Virus record (IMG/VR): IMGVR_UViG_3300012007_000672
Span: 4,808 to 68,807 of that record
Direction: 5' to 3' (one strand)
Origin: a virus
Taxonomy: Duplodnaviria > Caudoviricetes
Length of the DNA: 64,000 nucleotides
Every line of letters begins with the position of its first letter. Within the stretch, counting starts at the first letter, position 1. A program made the translations under genes and the position numbers. The notes beneath the pieces are model-generated. The model had not been told where the DNA came from, did no database searches, and saw only the letters and a list, made by a program, of their open reading frames with translations. This document shows, one piece after another, positions 58,900 through 64,000 of this stretch.

Positions 58900-59259
58900 A
58901 TGTCAAACAAAAATCGTATTAGTATGAAACAAGTAAATCGACAAAATCAGTATGCGGAATTTTCAATGACCATTTCAACGAGCAGAGAGCTATGGCGCTA
59001 CCTGTTTCGTGGGCAGAAAAACTCATCAGAAAAACTGACGCGTGTAGAGGCGTTCCACGATCTTATAGAGCGGCAGTATGCTGCACTACAGCAAGAGAAC
59101 GAATGCATCTTCGGAAGTATAAGCAGCCTGTCAAGAGCCTGGCACTGGGATAGAGATACCACGAGTGCCTTTATTACGGATCTGGAAAAGTTTGGGGTGA
59201 TTAGTCGTTACGATATAGGGAAACGTGCAGTATTAAAACTGAACTGTGCTATCGGCTAA
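58900..59259 (+). CDS. Small winged-helix-like protein
   Basis: SISSLSRAWHWDRDTTSAFITDLEKFGVISR. Confidence 0.7.
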   Translation: MSNKNRISMKQVNRQNQYAEFSMTISTSRELWRYLFRGQKNSSEKLTRVEAFHDLIERQYAALQQENECIFGSISSLSRAWHWDRDTTSAFITDLEKFGVISRYDIGKRAVLKLNCAIG

Positions 59260-59340
59260 TAATCCATTCTAAGGCACCGTAGATGCCCTCTGATGCTTAA
59301 GCCTGCTGTTTGTGGTATCCCATCTAATCCTGACGTCCTA

Positions 59341-59390
59341 AGTGCTGTTACACCGCCTTAAATTGGGTGGCGTGTAACAGCACTCTTTTT
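59341..59390 (+). terminator. Long hairpin followed by a T-tract
   Basis: AGTGCTGTTACAC...GTGTAACAGCACT-CTTTTT. Confidence 0.6.
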
Positions 59391-60535
59391 ACACATGTAT
59401 TTTCGGAACCGTCATATAGCTTTCTCAACAATCCTCGCAAAGTGTCGAAAATTCTCTAAAGGCGCTTGCGCCTATTGCGAAAATTCCGCAATAGAGGTAG
59501 CCTAATACCTGCCTTGGGGAAAAATCCCGCAAGCAGCCGCCACAAACCAGGGTTGAGCAAGCTCATTGGCTGAATAGGCTTAGGGACACCCCGAGACCCC
59601 GCACCAAAACGTTTATCCGACGAAACACTAAATGCACAAGAAAAATGACGAAGAATAGCCTTTCTCAAAGATCTGCATTTCGGTTGATGATTTGTAGTAG
59701 CAATCTATGATGAGAATCTTAGCGTAGATGACGGGCCTGAATAGAAATGGAATTGCTTGACCAACGTTTTTCCCATAGGCAAGAAATGATTCCGAAGTTG
59801 CTGGGTTGTCGTAGAAAAGCCCTTCGCCAAGTCCATGATGATATTGTATCTCATCGCGCTCTTTCCTGTTGATGAAATATATTTTATGTTGGGTCGCTGA
59901 CATGTCTGGCTGATGACTTCCCGGTTGCGCAAACAATGGAACAAATAGCATATCAAATACACCCTCTTTAGATTTACATGTTATCATGGAACACAGCCCT
60001 TCAGTTACCAACTATTATTGTTTGATTTCAATGCGGAAATTTCATCCATCGAATGTAAGGAGAAGAATACCGAGAAAGAACAATGACCATGTAAGTCTTT
60101 ATAGTGAGGAAACTAATGCGGAAAATAGTGCGGGATTAGTGGTACACCTCTTTCGAATAGTTCCACATATTCATTCTGCACTATTTTCCACTCTTTATAT
60201 GGGTAAAAGATCCGCAATTGAAATACTGCTAATAAAGCAAGAGCCCTGTTTCCCGAATGTGTGGAAAAATGGTGGCACCTGGTTGGGGAAAATACGCCGC
60301 TCGTACCTTTGCATAGACACTCAGCCCCCGTTGTGAGTTGGAATCGCATCATATTGTTCCAATCCAAATTATTCTACGAATGTTTTGTTTTTCCAATTAT
60401 TCTTCGTACCTTTGCACCCGAAGCATCAAGAGCAGACACTCGCAAGAGTGGACTCGCCAACCGAGCAATAACATTGAGCCACGGTGGTCAGTACGATGCG
60501 GAAGTATTATTATTCACTTCAAAAACAAAAACGTT

Positions 60536-60787
60536 ATGCAACAAAGTATTTATTACATCAAGTTCGCTCTGCAATTCGCAGACTTGCAAATCACAGAATT
60601 AGTAGACATCTTTAATCGCCAAGTTGGTAATCGTGGCTGGACAGGTATGCGAGCTTATCATAATCAAGCTCTGATTGATGAGTTCCATAGACGCGGAATC
60701 GATGTCTCTGCCATTTATGATAGAGCCACTATAGGTTTTGCACATCACATTCGATATAATTTATTCCAAAACAAGCTTGTTCTATAG
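60536..60787 (+). CDS. Small hypothetical protein behind a structured leader
   Basis: ORF from MQQSIYY; promoter box at 60407. Confidence 0.6.
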   Translation: MQQSIYYIKFALQFADLQITELVDIFNRQVGNRGWTGMRAYHNQALIDEFHRRGIDVSAIYDRATIGFAHHIRYNLFQNKLVL

Positions 60788-60913
60788 ACTTAAGCCTATC
60801 TATCGGTGCTCTGCCCTTGTGTCTGCTTTTACAAGGACGAGCCCATTAATAGAGGCATTGTTTATTACACTTTTAATGAGTAACAGAACAAGGCTCTCAT
60901 ATATATACACAAA

Positions 60914-63900
60914 TCATTTGATTTCATCTAATCCTCCAAAACGATTAATAACTTCTTTTGAAGTCCAGTATCTAACTTGACTTGTCTCTTCATATTCAGG
61001 CTTCATACGATGGGCAATAAGACTAAGTCTATGGTTGATGACAGGAACTCGAAAGTTCATTTTTTCAAAGTCATAATCAGCGTAGTTCTTTAACAGGCAT
61101 AACAATAAATCTCCATAATTCTTTTTCATCTCTACTGGATAGTGCTGCATCAGAAAAACAATGAAATTAATACAATTGTCTATATCGGCAGATTGTTTTA
61201 GAGCAACTTTGCTTATGACAAGATTAATCTCTGACTTATGCTTGTCAAAGTCATCAGTTCTTAATAAGACGTTTAGCAAATTTAAAGCAACATTAACCCT
61301 ATTATAGTCATCTGACGAAAGTGCATCCAGCAGATTTTCGAATCCACTTAATTCCTCAATATCAGTATTGACTCTCTGAATCATATCATCCACATTGATG
61401 CCGTTCTTTTGTTGCAGACGTATCATAAACATTTTCATATCTGACAGAAGATCAATATACATGCAGTTATAGAAATTAGAAGATTCCCCTATTTCCTTAT
61501 GCTTCTCTATAAGATCTAAATTTTGTTTCATATTAATCTGTATCTGCTGCCACTCATCTTCTGTCCAGATCACTTTGTCATCAAAAATTTCAATATGGTA
61601 TGGTGAGGGATCTGTATAACAAGAATCTGTAATGCCACAATTCCAAATATCTCCAGTTAGAACAATCTGTTTGATTTTCGAGATACTTTTGGACGAAATT
61701 GCCAAATGACTAAGATTAATCAATGCAGGATAATCACTTTTTGAAAACGACAAATCCTCTGTTGCAATTTTATTGTCTATTGCCTCTTTCTGTTCTGCCG
61801 ATAGAGCATCAACTCTATTAAACTCACACAACACACTGTATGATTGGGATATAAGTGTATTATTTATTATTTTCCATAAGCATTTTGACACTTCATCCAT
61901 AGCTGCGAAATCTTTATCTACCCACAAAGCACCACAAAACAGCAGACTAATTAGGTGTACATTTTGTGGCATTTTTTTTGTAAGTATGACAAATATTTCT
62001 TGCCTCCTTTCAACCTTTTTTATGCATTGGATAGCATAGAATAGATTTTTATAAATGGCATCAGATGTACTTACATTCTTCGCATCAATTTCATCGGCGA
62101 AGTAATACAGGACAGATTGCTTAAACTCATCATACCACATATCTTCTGGAACCGACATATATAATTCCTGAGTTAAATAGTAGAGTCCCATCTTTAAATA
62201 TCTAGGAACGTGTTCCATACGTAAAGACTTCAATAATGAGATAAGCAAAGAGGGACGAACGTCTATAAAAAATTCGTCGTCACTAAAAGCAATCATCTGG
62301 CCTGCCCATCTCACAGTTTTTTCGTCTGAATATTGCAAAGTATAGTAAATGGTGGGATATGGGATAAAATGTATCAGATGTCGAAATGCTTTCATCCAAT
62401 GCTCTATATTCACGATATTGTAGATTCCGAATCTTGTTGTTAACCCCGTATTTACTAAATACTGCAATAATCGTATAGATTCTGGGAACGATGTTATGTC
62501 TTGACCACCCAAAATCTGAGTAGAGTGAACTCCAAATATTTTGGGCTGTACTTTTTCCTTGTCAATATGGCTGGCGATGTATGACATGATATCACTTGGT
62601 GCTTCAACACCTTCCTTCCAATATTCTGTATATTTGTAGGGCTGTGGGATAATTTGACTTGTCACATTGTATATAAGGGAAGCAACGAACCTCTCACTTG
62701 CTGGGTTCTCTCTGTTCTCAATAAATATTTTCACAGGAATCAAACAATCTTTATCTTCCCTGAAAAAGTTTACAAGTAACGCTTTTTTGGCAGCCCATGA
62801 TTCAGATGCATTCCATGCGTTAATTAGTTCATACATCTTATCAAACTCAAACTTGTAAGCTTCGCGAAGAATAAGTTCATACATACCCTCATCTGTGCTT
62901 TCATCAAGAACGTATGCCCCATCTGTTAAACCACATGCAAAGGTTGACGCACGTAACATCATATATTTCAATTCAGGAATCTCATTCAGATTTCCAGTAT
63001 TAGTTAGCTCTCCATAGAGTGTTGGCCAAAGCCCTCTATCCTGTAAAGCGTAAATAAACGCGCGACGTTCACAGAAGTTCCATTGTTCACCCTTTCTCAA
63101 AAGGATACTTATAACACGTTCTTGATTTGAAACAAATTTAACACATGGATAGTTTGTTCTAAGAATTTTTATTTCATCAAGTATTTTGTTGGCATCTTCT
63201 TTGTTGGAAAGCAACTGAAATAATTCATTCCACTTACTAACATATTCGATTTCGATGTCAGACCCACCAACAGCCGAGCGACCAAATATCTGATTCTGTT
63301 GTATTGATGACAACAATAATGGATAGCCGAGCCTTTCGTTTATTTTAGAAGGAATCCTACGAATCTTAATATCATCAAGCCTATCTTTCTCAGTCATACG
63401 ACTTTTCACATAGCCGACACAACATATCCAATCTTTGTATCTTACAAATATCCCGCCGCCAGAACTACCTTTCATAACGCGAGAAAACTCAACACCTGTT
63501 GCAGATATGCTCTCATCTATTGCGTAAGTATCAGAAGATACCATATGAGTGCGGAACTTACGTCCATTTGGTTCTGTGGATGTGTATCCATATAAACAAG
63601 TGCTATTTTCAAATTCATCTTTCCCAATAAAACGAATACCATTTTCATAATCTATAGACATAGAGATTGATTCAATATTGAAATTTACAGTGAGTAGTGC
63701 AAAATCATATTCGTCATTTGGCATGAAAAGTAAAACACTCTTCACCTCGATATATGATTTACTGAAACGAGGGAGGCTGATCTTAATACTTTCTATAGGG
63801 AAATAATCAGAGGAATCTCCATTTTGGATACAATGGGCCGCAGTGATGACATAAAATGAACCACGATTTGAAAATAGAGTGCCCGTCCCATTATTAAGGA

Positions 63901-64000
63901 CTTCTTTCTCTGCATTAAGACATTCTATCTTTACGGAGATTGCTTCAAGCGACTCAATTGTTGGGCAAGATGAGGAATCTATCAGTTTCTTGGGGTTCAT
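60914..64000 (-). CDS. Trypsin-like serine protease fused to an approximately 780-aa helical region; candidate antiphage protein
   Basis: Catalytic triad motifs TAAHC, DFALL, GSSGG; the ATG is at the window edge, so the N-terminus may extend further. Confidence 0.85.
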   Translation of the reverse strand: MNPKKLIDSSSCPTIESLEAISVKIECLNAEKEVLNNGTGTLFSNRGSFYVITAAHCIQNGDSSDYFPIESIKISLPRFSKSYIEVKSVLLFMPNDEYDFALLTVNFNIESISMSIDYENGIRFIGKDEFENSTCLYGYTSTEPNGRKFRTHMVSSDTYAIDESISATGVEFSRVMKGSSGGGIFVRYKDWICCVGYVKSRMTEKDRLDDIKIRRIPSKINERLGYPLLLSSIQQNQIFGRSAVGGSDIEIEYVSKWNELFQLLSNKEDANKILDEIKILRTNYPCVKFVSNQERVISILLRKGEQWNFCERRAFIYALQDRGLWPTLYGELTNTGNLNEIPELKYMMLRASTFACGLTDGAYVLDESTDEGMYELILREAYKFEFDKMYELINAWNASESWAAKKALLVNFFREDKDCLIPVKIFIENRENPASERFVASLIYNVTSQIIPQPYKYTEYWKEGVEAPSDIMSYIASHIDKEKVQPKIFGVHSTQILGGQDITSFPESIRLLQYLVNTGLTTRFGIYNIVNIEHWMKAFRHLIHFIPYPTIYYTLQYSDEKTVRWAGQMIAFSDDEFFIDVRPSLLISLLKSLRMEHVPRYLKMGLYYLTQELYMSVPEDMWYDEFKQSVLYYFADEIDAKNVSTSDAIYKNLFYAIQCIKKVERRQEIFVILTKKMPQNVHLISLLFCGALWVDKDFAAMDEVSKCLWKIINNTLISQSYSVLCEFNRVDALSAEQKEAIDNKIATEDLSFSKSDYPALINLSHLAISSKSISKIKQIVLTGDIWNCGITDSCYTDPSPYHIEIFDDKVIWTEDEWQQIQINMKQNLDLIEKHKEIGESSNFYNCMYIDLLSDMKMFMIRLQQKNGINVDDMIQRVNTDIEELSGFENLLDALSSDDYNRVNVALNLLNVLLRTDDFDKHKSEINLVISKVALKQSADIDNCINFIVFLMQHYPVEMKKNYGDLLLCLLKNYADYDFEKMNFRVPVINHRLSLIAHRMKPEYEETSQVRYWTSKEVINRFGGLDEIK

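Larger units (their letters stand above)
57413..64000. mobile_element. Integrative element inserted at the tRNA-Ser 3' end; right end outside the window
   Basis: Tyrosine integrase immediately downstream of the tRNA, followed by AT-rich cargo. Confidence 0.8.

Noticed and set aside
59628-60367. ORFs 59628-60011, 59705-59962, 59986-60336 and 60113-60367
   Set aside because: They overlap mutually in AT-rich DNA and lack motifs; I cannot tell which, if any, is real

Overview
The window comes from a Prevotella-like Bacteroidales genome. Positions 1 to about 52.0 kb are one temperate prophage with a long non-contractile (sipho-type) tail, almost entirely on the minus strand. From right to left it carries a repressor/cro switch, an early operon, a primase-helicase with an iteron-rich origin, an S49 protease, a major capsid protein, a tail tube, terminase, portal, a lysis module, a stack of accessory toxin-antitoxin-like modules, tape measure, tail proteins and a tail fibre. 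The standout feature is a multi-cassette tail-fibre shufflon at 194-4112. It has 13 copies of the core CTGGGCG in both orientations, each opening in frame (Leu-Gly-x) a different 52-147 aa fibre C-terminus. One cassette is fused to the fibre gene and 12 are silent, and five bidirectional terminators sit between convergent cassettes. The recombinase is not identifiable in the window. Other signals missed by the ORF track: three leaders with the seqA/seqB/seqC layout of P4 CI or P1 C4 antisense RNA, two of them ahead of paralogous genes; a probable -1 programmed frameshift after the tail tube gene; a cro-like gene out of frame at an A8 run; a truncated antirepressor fusion; and a membrane protein + STAS-HATPase + STAS moron. 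Host genes (htpX-like, lemA, a lytic transglycosylase, mutS2, tRNA-Ser) follow. A second element, integrated at tRNA-Ser(TGA), carries a tyrosine integrase and a 1028-aa trypsin-like protease fused to a large helical region, a candidate antiphage protein. All family assignments come from motif recognition, not database searches.
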